From a bacterium (GTDB taxonomy: Bacteria; Patescibacteriota; Microgenomatia; Curtissbacterales; GWA2-41-24): a DNA stretch of 64,000 nucleotides. Positions within the stretch are counted from its first letter, which is position 1; every line of letters starts with the position of its first letter. Location: positions 45,193-109,192 of the forward strand of contig JAKAJD010000003.1 in NCBI GenBank assembly GCA_021813945.1, given 5' to 3'. The position numbers and the translations under genes were made by a program. The notes below the pieces were generated by a model. The model did no database searches. It saw only the letters and a program-made list of their open reading frames with translations, and was not told where the DNA came from. Below, one piece after another: positions 40,513 through 48,056 of this stretch.

Positions 40513-42030
40513 TTAATGAAGACTTGAATGGTCGAGAATGTCTATGACTGCACCATCTTTTGATAGTAAGGTATGTACCAAAACCAGGCGATTGTTAATT
40601 ATTAGATCTCGCAATTCGCTGTCAGCAAATACACTACTTGATAGAGCAATATTGTGGCCGATGTCTTGATGAAGGACACTCCTATTTTCGGGATTGTGGG
40701 CCGTACTTGAAAGAAATAAGATTCTGGGTTTGTCGGTATCAACGCCATTTTTGTCCATGACTGACCATTTAGTTTTAATTTGCTCAATACCTGTAGCCGG
40801 TGAAGCAGCGCTTGAGCAAAACCCTTGTTTTATGTCTTTGCCTCCGAAAACTGCGCTTTGGTGAGAAAGGGACATGTATAATTCTTCGTGTTCTGAATAC
40901 GGATGATTTGGTCCTCCTTCAGGAATTTTGGCAGTACCTGTTGCATATTGGACTGCCGCTGATTGGGCAAGTGCAAACATAAGTCCACGTTTTTGATCTT
41001 CGGTTAAATCTGAATAGTGTGCATCTATAAATTCCTCACAGTCTTCATAAAAAGTATTGGAATCGCCGCCGATCTTTGCTTCTGGATCCAAAAGCACTTC
41101 TTCTATGCTCACAACTGCTTCATAAAAATCCAGTAGATATTCAAAGTTCGTGAAGTTTTCAGCGTAAAGACCAAAATCAAGGCCAGTTTCTTTGGCGATG
41201 TCTTCACTGTGGTCAATAACTTGATCGGAAGTTTTAAATTCTCCATCTTCTTCTCTTAAAACTAAGCCCATTGTGGCTGTATCAAAAAGAACTGGAATAA
41301 CGATTCTTGATAGTGGTTCATAACCATTCTTTTGGCGAATGTCATTGAAAAAAGATGTGATTGCAGGTTTTGTGACAAAGTGATGAATGGTGAGATTGGC
41401 ATCTTCAAGACGGGTTGGATCTATTGATTCAATTTGGGCATATTCATTATATCCAAGCATGCCTCTTACCACCTCACTATTTTTGGCTTTAATATTTGCC
41501 ACCATAATAGAATTGGCGGCACACCCATGTTTGGGATTGGTTGAATCGTAATGGGCAACTGCAAGTTCCAAAAGTTCGATTCCATTTTCGGCATCATCTT
41601 TAAGACTCACACACAAAAAAGGTGAAGTAGGCCTTATACTGTGGTCGATCTTCTCTGTGGTGTCGATGACACCTGCCGGAATTTCCAGAGTACTGATTGC
41701 ATCCCCAGGAGGAACGTCTGGAAGTCTTCCGTCCAAGCATTTTGTTTTGCCAACCTTGGCTTTACCTCTTAGTCTAATCTCGCGTTCTTGTGCACTTAAA
41801 AATCTTGGATCCTTTCGCAGCTCGGTAATGCGATTATTCCGGTAAATAACTTCCCAAATTCTTTCTTCTTCTCGATCTATTTGTTCAGGCGTGTGGTAGT
41901 GTGCTGTTGAACCTTCGGTTAGCGGTTGTTGGTAAAAATGGATAATTGCTGTATGCAATTGTGAGCGCAAATAATTATCGCTTTGGGAAAGCTCTGGATT
42001 GTAACCGCCAAGTGCGCGTTCTGTTGTCAT
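40513..42030 (-). CDS. CsoSCA (carboxysome carbonic anhydrase)-like protein
   Basis: CLDGRL and H-Y-D-x5-H-G-C-A-A, i.e. the CxDGR / H-x10-C spacing of CsoSCA. Confidence 0.7.
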   Translation of the reverse strand: MTTERALGGYNPELSQSDNYLRSQLHTAIIHFYQQPLTEGSTAHYHTPEQIDREEERIWEVIYRNNRITELRKDPRFLSAQEREIRLRGKAKVGKTKCLDGRLPDVPPGDAISTLEIPAGVIDTTEKIDHSIRPTSPFLCVSLKDDAENGIELLELAVAHYDSTNPKHGCAANSIMVANIKAKNSEVVRGMLGYNEYAQIESIDPTRLEDANLTIHHFVTKPAITSFFNDIRQKNGYEPLSRIVIPVLFDTATMGLVLREEDGEFKTSDQVIDHSEDIAKETGLDFGLYAENFTNFEYLLDFYEAVVSIEEVLLDPEAKIGGDSNTFYEDCEEFIDAHYSDLTEDQKRGLMFALAQSAAVQYATGTAKIPEGGPNHPYSEHEELYMSLSHQSAVFGGKDIKQGFCSSAASPATGIEQIKTKWSVMDKNGVDTDKPRILFLSSTAHNPENRSVLHQDIGHNIALSSSVFADSELRDLIINNRLVLVHTLLSKDGAVIDILDHSSLH

Positions 42031-42115
42031 TCCTTAAAAAAAGACTTCCCCTTGTATGGGGAGTCGTTGAGGGGATATACTACCAAAAACCAGGCTCAAA
42101 TGCAAATTTTATAGG

Positions 42116-42274
42116 ATGAATTTGGCGATTAAACTTTTCTTTATTATTCTGGCGATAGGTGGAATTGTCTTAACGTTTTTTGTGTCCTGGTTTTGGCGTG
42201 CGCTTATCGTTCCCATGGTTTTGATTATCTTAATTGACGTTCTTTCAAGTTTTTTCAGGAAGAAAAAAAGTTAG
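42116..42274 (+). CDS. Small two-TM membrane protein (52 aa)
   Basis: Manual translation MNLAIKLFFIILAIGGIVLTFFVSWFWRALIVPMVLIILIDVLSSFFRKKKS. Confidence 0.5.
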   Translation: MNLAIKLFFIILAIGGIVLTFFVSWFWRALIVPMVLIILIDVLSSFFRKKKS

Positions 42275-43329
42275 GCAGCACGTGCCAATTCCGGCTCGGT
42301 TGAAGCTGCGGTTGAAGTAGCGACTGCGCCGGCAAGGTTGTCGATTAAGTCTTGCGGGACAGGCCTTAAAATTTGGCCGTTTGAATTCGGAGTTGGTGAG
42401 GTTGATACTTTGGCGGCTGGTGTTGGAGGAATGGTGACGGTGGTTGATTCGACGTTGGGAAAAGGTTGTCCATTTCTTGTAATAGGAATGACGTTGGCGG
42501 GTACTGGTGCTGCTTCAGCTAATTTGGGAGTTGCAGGTGTAACTTGCGGTATAACCACTCCTGCCGCAGCATCGGATGTTTGTGGAGCTATGGCTGGTTC
42601 AGGCTCAGTAGGTTTTTGTTGGGGATCGGTAGAATCGATTCCAGCTGCAGCTTTCCAGTCAGCATCATCGGTCGCTTCTGCTGTGATTACCGAAGCGGGT
42701 TGTGGTTGTTCTGCTTCCACTATTGTTGATTCTGGTTGCGCTTCAGATTGTGCTTCTGGTGTTGCATCTAAAACAGCTTCTGCTTGAGGTTCAGCGGGTG
42801 TTTCAGCTTCCGGGATAACTTGCTTGAGGGCCAAATAGAGGTCGTATTTTTCATCTTCAGTTACTGCAGCTTGTGCCAACTTCTCCAGATAAGGACGGTT
42901 TTCTTCTGTTGTAAGCTGTTCGTTTGTAATGTAGTTGTAGCAAGCAACGGCAGGCTCAAAGTCTTTATCATCTAGTGCTTTCTGGGCGAAACTTAAAAGG
43001 TAAAGTTTGATGTGCTCCTCTGGTGGTGGCGGATTTATTTCCTTGACGCGTTTTTCAACGTTAGGGACAAGTTCTTTCACTTGAGTTATCGGGCTAATAT
43101 CAAAACGACCAACACCAAGGGCGACTGAATCTACTTCGTTGCCTTGGGATAAGTCGTCGTATGCTTTTTCGCCGTTTTGGCGGCTAATTCTGAAGACTTC
43201 CGCCTCTAAAGCTCGCCTTTTTTCAATTTCGATAGCTGTTGGCAGGTCTAAGCCTGCCATTCGAGCAATATCCGCACGGATTTCGGGAGACTTTGCGACT
43301 ATCTGGGCTTCCGGAGCTGCGTCGGGCAT
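42271..43329 (-). CDS. Hypothetical protein with Pro/Ala/Glu/Thr-rich disordered C-terminal half
   Basis: 352-aa ORF; low-complexity tail. Confidence 0.65.
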   Translation of the reverse strand: MPDAAPEAQIVAKSPEIRADIARMAGLDLPTAIEIEKRRALEAEVFRISRQNGEKAYDDLSQGNEVDSVALGVGRFDISPITQVKELVPNVEKRVKEINPPPPEEHIKLYLLSFAQKALDDKDFEPAVACYNYITNEQLTTEENRPYLEKLAQAAVTEDEKYDLYLALKQVIPEAETPAEPQAEAVLDATPEAQSEAQPESTIVEAEQPQPASVITAEATDDADWKAAAGIDSTDPQQKPTEPEPAIAPQTSDAAAGVVIPQVTPATPKLAEAAPVPANVIPITRNGQPFPNVESTTVTIPPTPAAKVSTSPTPNSNGQILRPVPQDLIDNLAGAVATSTAASTEPELARAA

Positions 43330-43384
43330 GCATACATTTAAAACACTTATTAAGTTGTTGTCAATTGGAAGTTGTAGGCTAAAT

Positions 43385-44260
43385 TTAGAGCTGCTCTAGC
43401 TTTAGCTTTTCCTCGCCTTTTGGAGGATTGATGAGGGCCAGGTATCTTTCAGTAGTGGAAAGTCTTTTGTGGCCCGCTATTTTGGAGATTAGAACCAGCG
43501 ATGCTCCCGCGGAAAGGTGGTGGGCAACCCAAGTGTGCCTAAGATCGTTGACCTTGGCGCCCGCAATACCGGCTTTTCGGTAATACCTGTCGATGGCGGT
43601 TCTGATGTTTCTTACCAATAGGGGTTTGCCGGTTTTGGTGACAAAAAGGGCTTTGTTGGGAGTTTTTGCTCTAACTTCCAAGTATCTTTTGAGAGCGGTT
43701 TCGGCGGCTTTGTTTAAAGGAACTGTCCTTTCCGGTCGGTTTTCCTGAGGCCTTACGTAAAGGTGGCCTTCTTTTCCTTCTTGAGATGGGTAGACATCGT
43801 CGGTTTTAAGATTGGCTAATTCACCAATTCTGATTCCGGTCTGCAAAAGTACTTCGATTATGGCGGCGATTCTGGCATCGTCTCTGGCAGCATCCCTTAG
43901 GGCGCGGTATTCGATGGGGGAAAGGATTCTAGGCGGTTTCGTTTCGAACTTTGGGTGTTCAACCAAACTTGCCGGATCGTCGGTTATCATTTCCTGAACT
44001 TTAAGGTAACGGAAAAAGGTTTTAGTTGAATTTAGCTTCCTGGAAATCGACTTTTGTGTGTAGCCTTTTTCTTGAAGTTTAGCCAAAAAGGTTCGAATGT
44101 CGTCTGCCGATACTTCGTGGACGTGGGCTTTTTGCAAATCGGAAAGAAAATTGACAAGCTGTTCGATGTCTTTGCCATACGCAAGCACGGTGGCCGATGC
44201 CCGTTTTTTGCCTTTAAGGTGTTCGACGAACTCCCTATGTGCCTCTTGTAGTTTTTTCAT
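43385..44260 (-). CDS. XerC/XerD-family tyrosine recombinase
   Basis: TGIRIGEL, ER.VPL, NDLRHT, AGH..L.TTERY; N-terminal SAM-like domain. Confidence 0.9.
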   Translation of the reverse strand: MKKLQEAHREFVEHLKGKKRASATVLAYGKDIEQLVNFLSDLQKAHVHEVSADDIRTFLAKLQEKGYTQKSISRKLNSTKTFFRYLKVQEMITDDPASLVEHPKFETKPPRILSPIEYRALRDAARDDARIAAIIEVLLQTGIRIGELANLKTDDVYPSQEGKEGHLYVRPQENRPERTVPLNKAAETALKRYLEVRAKTPNKALFVTKTGKPLLVRNIRTAIDRYYRKAGIAGAKVNDLRHTWVAHHLSAGASLVLISKIAGHKRLSTTERYLALINPPKGEEKLKLEQL

Positions 44261-44439
44261 TCAATTTACTTGCCAAAGTGCAGTTGGCTGGTGCAGGCAT
44301 TCGGGTAGGCTGAAAGTTGATGTTAAGTATAGCTTAACCTATGGGCTTTGTCAAGAATAAAGGCTATCGGCTTAGTTTTCCTCATAAAATTGCTGTTAAT
44401 GTTTTTTGATGCTTACCTTATAATATAATAAGGTTTTAA

Positions 44440-44790
44440 ATGAAGCGTAATTTGGTCCTGATTTTTGCTGTTTTGATAATTGTGCCTGTAATTTTAAATG
44501 GTGTTAGGCGAATCTCTTCTTTTCGTGGAACATCTCAAAAGGTGGATGAAGCACAGGTTGAGCTTGATCAATTAAAGAAAGAAAATGAAGATTTAAAGCG
44601 AGAACTTCAGTATAAAAGTAGTGATAGTTTCGCTGAGGAGGAGATTAGAAATAAACTAGGAATGGTGAAACAAGGGGAGACTGAAGTGATTATTCCGAAG
44701 CAAGAGGAGAAGGTTAACTCTGGGCAAGTTCAACAGAATCAGGCTCCAAATTGGCGAAAATGGCGCGATCTGTTTTTGGGAAGAAGCTAG
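44440..44790 (+). CDS. Septum formation initiator (FtsB/DivIC family)
   Basis: N-terminal TM, coiled coil, E..IR.KLGMVK.GE. Confidence 0.85.
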   Translation: MKRNLVLIFAVLIIVPVILNGVRRISSFRGTSQKVDEAQVELDQLKKENEDLKRELQYKSSDSFAEEEIRNKLGMVKQGETEVIIPKQEEKVNSGQVQQNQAPNWRKWRDLFLGRS

Positions 44791-44846
44791 GTTATTGATT
44801 TGACATTGGGCCAAATTGAGGCTAAAATACACAAGAGAAAAAGCGA

Positions 44847-44917
44847 CGCGGGGTAGAGAAACGGTATCTCGGGAGGCTCATAATCTCCAGAAGTGGGTTC
44901 GACTCCCACCTCCGCTA
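44847..44917 (+). tRNA. tRNA-Met (CAU), initiator-like
   Basis: 5' CGCGGGG with unpaired C1:T72, loop CTCATAA, GTGGG-TTCGACT-CCCAC T-arm. Confidence 0.85.
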
Positions 44918-44921
44918 CATA

Positions 44922-44952
44922 AAGGCCCGACTCGCGCCAGGTCTTTTTTTTT
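44922..44952 (+). terminator. Terminator after the initiator tRNA
   Basis: AAGGCCC...GGGTCTT stem plus T run. Confidence 0.55.
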
Positions 44953-44971
44953 GTTAAAATTCGATTGATTT

Positions 44972-45045
44972 GGCGGCGTAGCTCAGTCGGTTAGAGCGTG
45001 GCACTCATAACGCCAAGGTCGTTGGTTCGATCCCAACCGCCGCTA
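44972..45045 (+). tRNA. tRNA-Met (CAU), elongator-like
   Basis: GGCGGCG/CGCCGCT acceptor, TAGCTCAG..GGTTAGAGC D-arm, CTCATAA loop, GTTGG-TTCGATC-CCAAC. Confidence 0.88.
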
Positions 45046-45078
45046 CTTATCACTCAAACTCCTCATTTGCTAATAAAG

Positions 45079-45108
45079 TTGACACTCAAATAAAAGGGTT
45101 GATATAAT
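45079..45108 (+). promoter_or_regulatory. Consensus sigma70 promoter heading the attenuator cluster
   Basis: TTGACA-N18-TATAAT. Confidence 0.75.
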
Positions 45109-45187
45109 TAGCTTGTAAGCAATGCTCTTTTGAGGTGGATAGTTGTTTTTTAGTAGCAATCCAGGCAGAGGGTTGCTAATTTTTAAA

Positions 45188-45317
45188 ATGAATAAAGACT
45201 TAAAAACTTTAAAAAATTTTTGGTTTTTCTACTTTACTCGCTAAGGCGGGTTTTGTAGTGGTTTTTAAGTAAATCACAAACCAAAATACAAAACTCGCAA
45301 GAAAGGCGAGTTTTTTT
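45188..45317 (+). promoter_or_regulatory. Attenuator 1: leader peptide MNKDLKTLKNFWFFYFTR (45188-45244) with antiterminator/terminator
   Basis: Six consecutive aromatic codons; GCGGGTTTTGTA pairs with TACAAAACTCGC; terminator AAAACTCGC-N7-GCGAG-T7. Confidence 0.85.
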
Positions 45318-45330
45318 GTGGCGAAAAAAC

Positions 45331-45561
45331 ATGAATAACTTAGAAAGATTAGATATTTGTCCGAGAATGAAAACTGGAAGCTGTGCACCTTGTGTGGAGA
45401 TGGCTAATTTGATAAGTCAAGTCTCTTACAGTGCAAGACCAGTTGGACCGGCTCGTGCCGAACTTAAAAACAACGTTTGTCCTGAAGGAGAAGATCCAGT
45501 TGTTCCTGATTTAGGAATAAAAAAGCAGAGTTCTGCCCGATTTAGATTAAGAGGGAGGTGA
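45331..45561 (+). CDS. Small Cys-containing hypothetical protein
   Basis: CPRMKTGSCAPC...VCP; directly after attenuator 1. Confidence 0.55.
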   Translation: MNNLERLDICPRMKTGSCAPCVEMANLISQVSYSARPVGPARAELKNNVCPEGEDPVVPDLGIKKQSSARFRLRGR

Positions 45562-45565
45562 ATTT

Positions 45566-45871
45566 ATGGGAAGAGAAACATTAAGACCCTTAGGTTTAAG
45601 TGAGGCTCAATCAACACCTGGCGCCAGGATGACGCCTTGCAACAGTTGCGATTTAGAGCCGGCATCTTGTGGCAAACAGCGTCTTGTTGTGAACGATTCG
45701 GTTCCGGATACATTAATCTTATGTGGTGCTGGAAGAGGACCGGTGAGGCGAATGGAAAAAGCTATAAAACTTGATCGACCTTCGATTAGAGTTGATAATT
45801 ATTTAAATGGCAAAGCTGGAGCAAATAGAGAAGCATCTACGCCAACAGAATCTGCTGTACAAGGTAGTTGA
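45566..45871 (+). CDS. Small Cys-containing hypothetical protein
   Basis: SD GGGAGGTG; CNSC..SCG..LCG. Confidence 0.55.
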   Translation: MGRETLRPLGLSEAQSTPGARMTPCNSCDLEPASCGKQRLVVNDSVPDTLILCGAGRGPVRRMEKAIKLDRPSIRVDNYLNGKAGANREASTPTESAVQGS

Positions 45872-46259
45872 TCTTGAATCTGAAGCTTTTACGGTTGGGG
45901 ATGTAGTCAAGTCGGGAATTGATGAAGATGAGGTGGTAAAGACCTTAATTGTGAGGGCAAATCAAGGTTTTGTAGCTTTGGCTTTGAGAGGCAAAGACAG
46001 GCTGGATTTTAAAAAAGTCAGAAAGCTTTTAGGATCTAAAGCCGAACTTGCTAAACCGGATGAAGTTTTAAAAGTGGTGGGTGTTCCCATTGGCGCCGTT
46101 TGTCCGGTTCTAGTTGGAATTCCTCTATATTTTGATAAGAAAGTGATGGATCTTGAAAACGTCCATATGGGACCTGGGGATTTGATGCACGGTTTGGAAA
46201 TGAAGCTTTCCGATTTGATAAAGGCAGTTGGGGATTATTTGATAGAAGATCTGACATGA
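45807..46259 (+). CDS. YbaK/EbsC aminoacyl-tRNA deacylase family protein
   Basis: VVKTLIV, LD.KK, ELA.P.EV...G..IGAV.P, D..V. Confidence 0.88.
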   Translation: MAKLEQIEKHLRQQNLLYKVVDLESEAFTVGDVVKSGIDEDEVVKTLIVRANQGFVALALRGKDRLDFKKVRKLLGSKAELAKPDEVLKVVGVPIGAVCPVLVGIPLYFDKKVMDLENVHMGPGDLMHGLEMKLSDLIKAVGDYLIEDLT

Positions 46260-46269
46260 TTTGAAAAAC

Positions 46270-46393
46270 ATGAAGCTAAAAGAAGAAAACACAAATACAA
46301 GAAGTAATTCTTGGTATAGCAAGACTAACTAACTTTCGGTTGGTAGTTTTGTGCGCCAAAAAAATCTTAACTCACCAACCGGTGAGTTTTTTT
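46270..46393 (+). promoter_or_regulatory. Attenuator 2: leader MKLKEENTNTRSNSWYSKTN (46270-46332) with terminator
   Basis: GGTTGGT (46338-44) pairs with ACCAACC (46374-80); terminator AACTCACC-AACC-GGTGAGTT-T run; homologous to attenuator 4. Confidence 0.8.
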
Positions 46394-46416
46394 GTGGTTT
46401 CGACAGCTCACCATAA

Positions 46417-47127
46417 ATGAAAAAAAATATGGAGATAAAGAAAGAAAAACCAGTTGTATGTATTTTAGGCGGCATGGGTCCGCAGGCTTCATCACGGCTT
46501 CTTTCGATGATTATCGATAAATTATCTGTAAGTGGTAATCTCAATTCTGGTGATTTTCCAGAAATCGTAGTTGATTCTGTTCCTGTTCCGGATTTTATTT
46601 CAGATTTAAAAAACAGAGATATAGCTCTTCAGATGCTCAAAAAAAGAGTCAGGTTATTGAATTCTTTTCAACCAGACTGTTTTGCTATTGCTTGCAATAC
46701 CGCACATATTTTGCTAGATGAGCTTCAAGCTTGCACGAAAAGTCGTTTTGTTTCGATCGTTGATGAAGTTGTTAAGCAAGTTGCGAGAAAAGACATTAAA
46801 AGCGTTGGCCTTTTGGCATCGCCTACAACGATAAATACAGGTCTATTCCAAAAAGCTTTAGGGCAAGTAAAAGTTAAGGTGATCAGACCTGATGATTTTG
46901 AACTTCGTGCAATTGATTTTGTGATACGCAGGGTAATTGGTGGAAGAGTAAGCCAAAAGGATGCGAGATTTTTGGTTTCTGTGGCGAGAGGGCTTAAAAA
47001 AAGTGGTGCACAGGGCATAATTTTAGGTTGTACGGAGTTGCCGTTAATTTTTCCGGACAAATTGGATTTGCCGGTTTTTAATACCTTGGAGATACTAGCA
47101 GATGCTTTAGTTTTGCTCCTTATTTGA
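46417..47127 (+). CDS. Aspartate/glutamate racemase family amino-acid racemase
   Basis: GGMGP.A, ACNTAH and GCTELP catalytic Cys motifs. Confidence 0.92.
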   Translation: MKKNMEIKKEKPVVCILGGMGPQASSRLLSMIIDKLSVSGNLNSGDFPEIVVDSVPVPDFISDLKNRDIALQMLKKRVRLLNSFQPDCFAIACNTAHILLDELQACTKSRFVSIVDEVVKQVARKDIKSVGLLASPTTINTGLFQKALGQVKVKVIRPDDFELRAIDFVIRRVIGGRVSQKDARFLVSVARGLKKSGAQGIILGCTELPLIFPDKLDLPVFNTLEILADALVLLLI

Positions 47128-47160
47128 CATATGCTTATGAATTTGATTGAATTACAACTA

Positions 47161-47270
47161 ATGAGCCGTCCAAATTACATTTGGATCAAGATTATTAACC
47201 CTTCGGGGCGATAATCTTTTGCGGCTCAAAAGAAAAACCCCGATTCGAATCCGAAGAGGGGTATTTTTTT
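47161..47270 (+). promoter_or_regulatory. Attenuator-like leader 3: MSRPNYIWIKIINPSGR (47161-47214) with hairpins and T run
   Basis: Hairpin AAGATTAT-..CCC(TTCG)GGG..-ATAATCTT; TCGGGG can pair with CCCCGA; imperfect ACCCC...GGGGT stem plus T7. Confidence 0.55.
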
Positions 47271-47280
47271 GGCTAGAATT

Positions 47281-47661
47281 ATGACAAACGAGACTGAGTA
47301 TAAATTAGGTGTAAATGGCAAAACCAGCCAGACTTGGAGAGAGCGATTTGTTGGCTATTTGGACAACCCCGGCAGTGATGTATTTCGAATGGTTGAGCGC
47401 GGTCGTGCATTAGGCTTGGTTGATGGTGACTTGCAAGGGCAAAGGCAGCTTGCCGGTGATTTCGGTTCGCTTTTCGACGCTGTTTACATACCTGAAACTG
47501 GTGGTGAGGTCTACGTTGATGATTTATCACCAGAGGAGATAGAGACAAGGACTGGTATATCACCCGATCGACAAGCGGGTTTAATTGAGATTATGGTTGA
47601 AAGCGGTATGGTAAAAAGTAGAGTAGCTGTTGAAGCAAGAAGAAAGGCCAACAGAAGATAG
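47281..47661 (+). CDS. Hypothetical protein (possible C-terminal wHTH-like segment)
   Basis: ORF after leader 3; 'SPEEIETRTGISP...LIEIMVESGMV'. Confidence 0.5.
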   Translation: MTNETEYKLGVNGKTSQTWRERFVGYLDNPGSDVFRMVERGRALGLVDGDLQGQRQLAGDFGSLFDAVYIPETGGEVYVDDLSPEEIETRTGISPDRQAGLIEIMVESGMVKSRVAVEARRKANRR

Positions 47662-47662
47662 T

Positions 47663-47766
47663 ATGAAATTGAAAAACAATTTTTGGTGGTGCAAAACAAA
47701 CTGACCTTAGGTTGGTAGGTTTTGCGCGTCAAATTTTCAAAACTCACCAACCGGGTGAGTTTTTTT
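47663..47766 (+). promoter_or_regulatory. Attenuator 4: Trp leader MKLKNNFWWCKTN (47663-47704) with terminator, upstream of trpS
   Basis: Tandem TGG TGG; GTGCAAAAC/GTTTTGCGC pause stem; GGTTGGT/ACCAACC antiterminator; AACTCACC-N5-GGTGAGT-T run terminator. Confidence 0.9.
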
Positions 47767-47813
47767 GTGGTTCGATACCTCACCATAAATAGAAAACTTT
47801 TGAAAGGAGGGAA

Positions 47814-48044
47814 ATGGTAGAAAGAATCAGATTTGAAGGCATTGAGCATGAGGTTGTTGTGGATCGTTCTGACCCACATACCTGCCATGAGGCTGCAATA
47901 CATGCGTACGATCAACACAGGGCTATGCTGAATTTAAGTTCCGATGAGGGTTTGTCCTATCATTATGTCTATTCGATGTTGGGAGAACATAGACAGGTTT
48001 GTAAAGAGGGGGAAGATCAGGTGGAACATAAAGGAGATTATTAA
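47814..48044 (+). CDS. Small His-rich hypothetical protein
   Basis: Strong SD GAAAGGAGG; lies between attenuator 4 and trpS. Confidence 0.55.
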   Translation: MVERIRFEGIEHEVVVDRSDPHTCHEAAIHAYDQHRAMLNLSSDEGLSYHYVYSMLGEHRQVCKEGEDQVEHKGDY

Positions 48045-48056
48045 TATAATGAATCC

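Noticed and set aside
40513-42030. Carboxysome locus
   Set aside because: No RuBisCO, CsoS2 or shell-protein genes in the window.
43385-45045. Integrative element or prophage at the tRNA-Met genes using the tyrosine recombinase
   Set aside because: No duplicated tRNA 3' end (att site) and no phage or conjugation genes seen; the recombinase is Xer-sized and separated from the tRNAs by a housekeeping ftsB-like gene.
46306-47790. CRISPR array or T-box riboswitches explaining the repeats
   Set aside because: Only two copies 1.4 kb apart, with no regular spacers or cas genes; no T-box consensus; leader peptides explain the structure.
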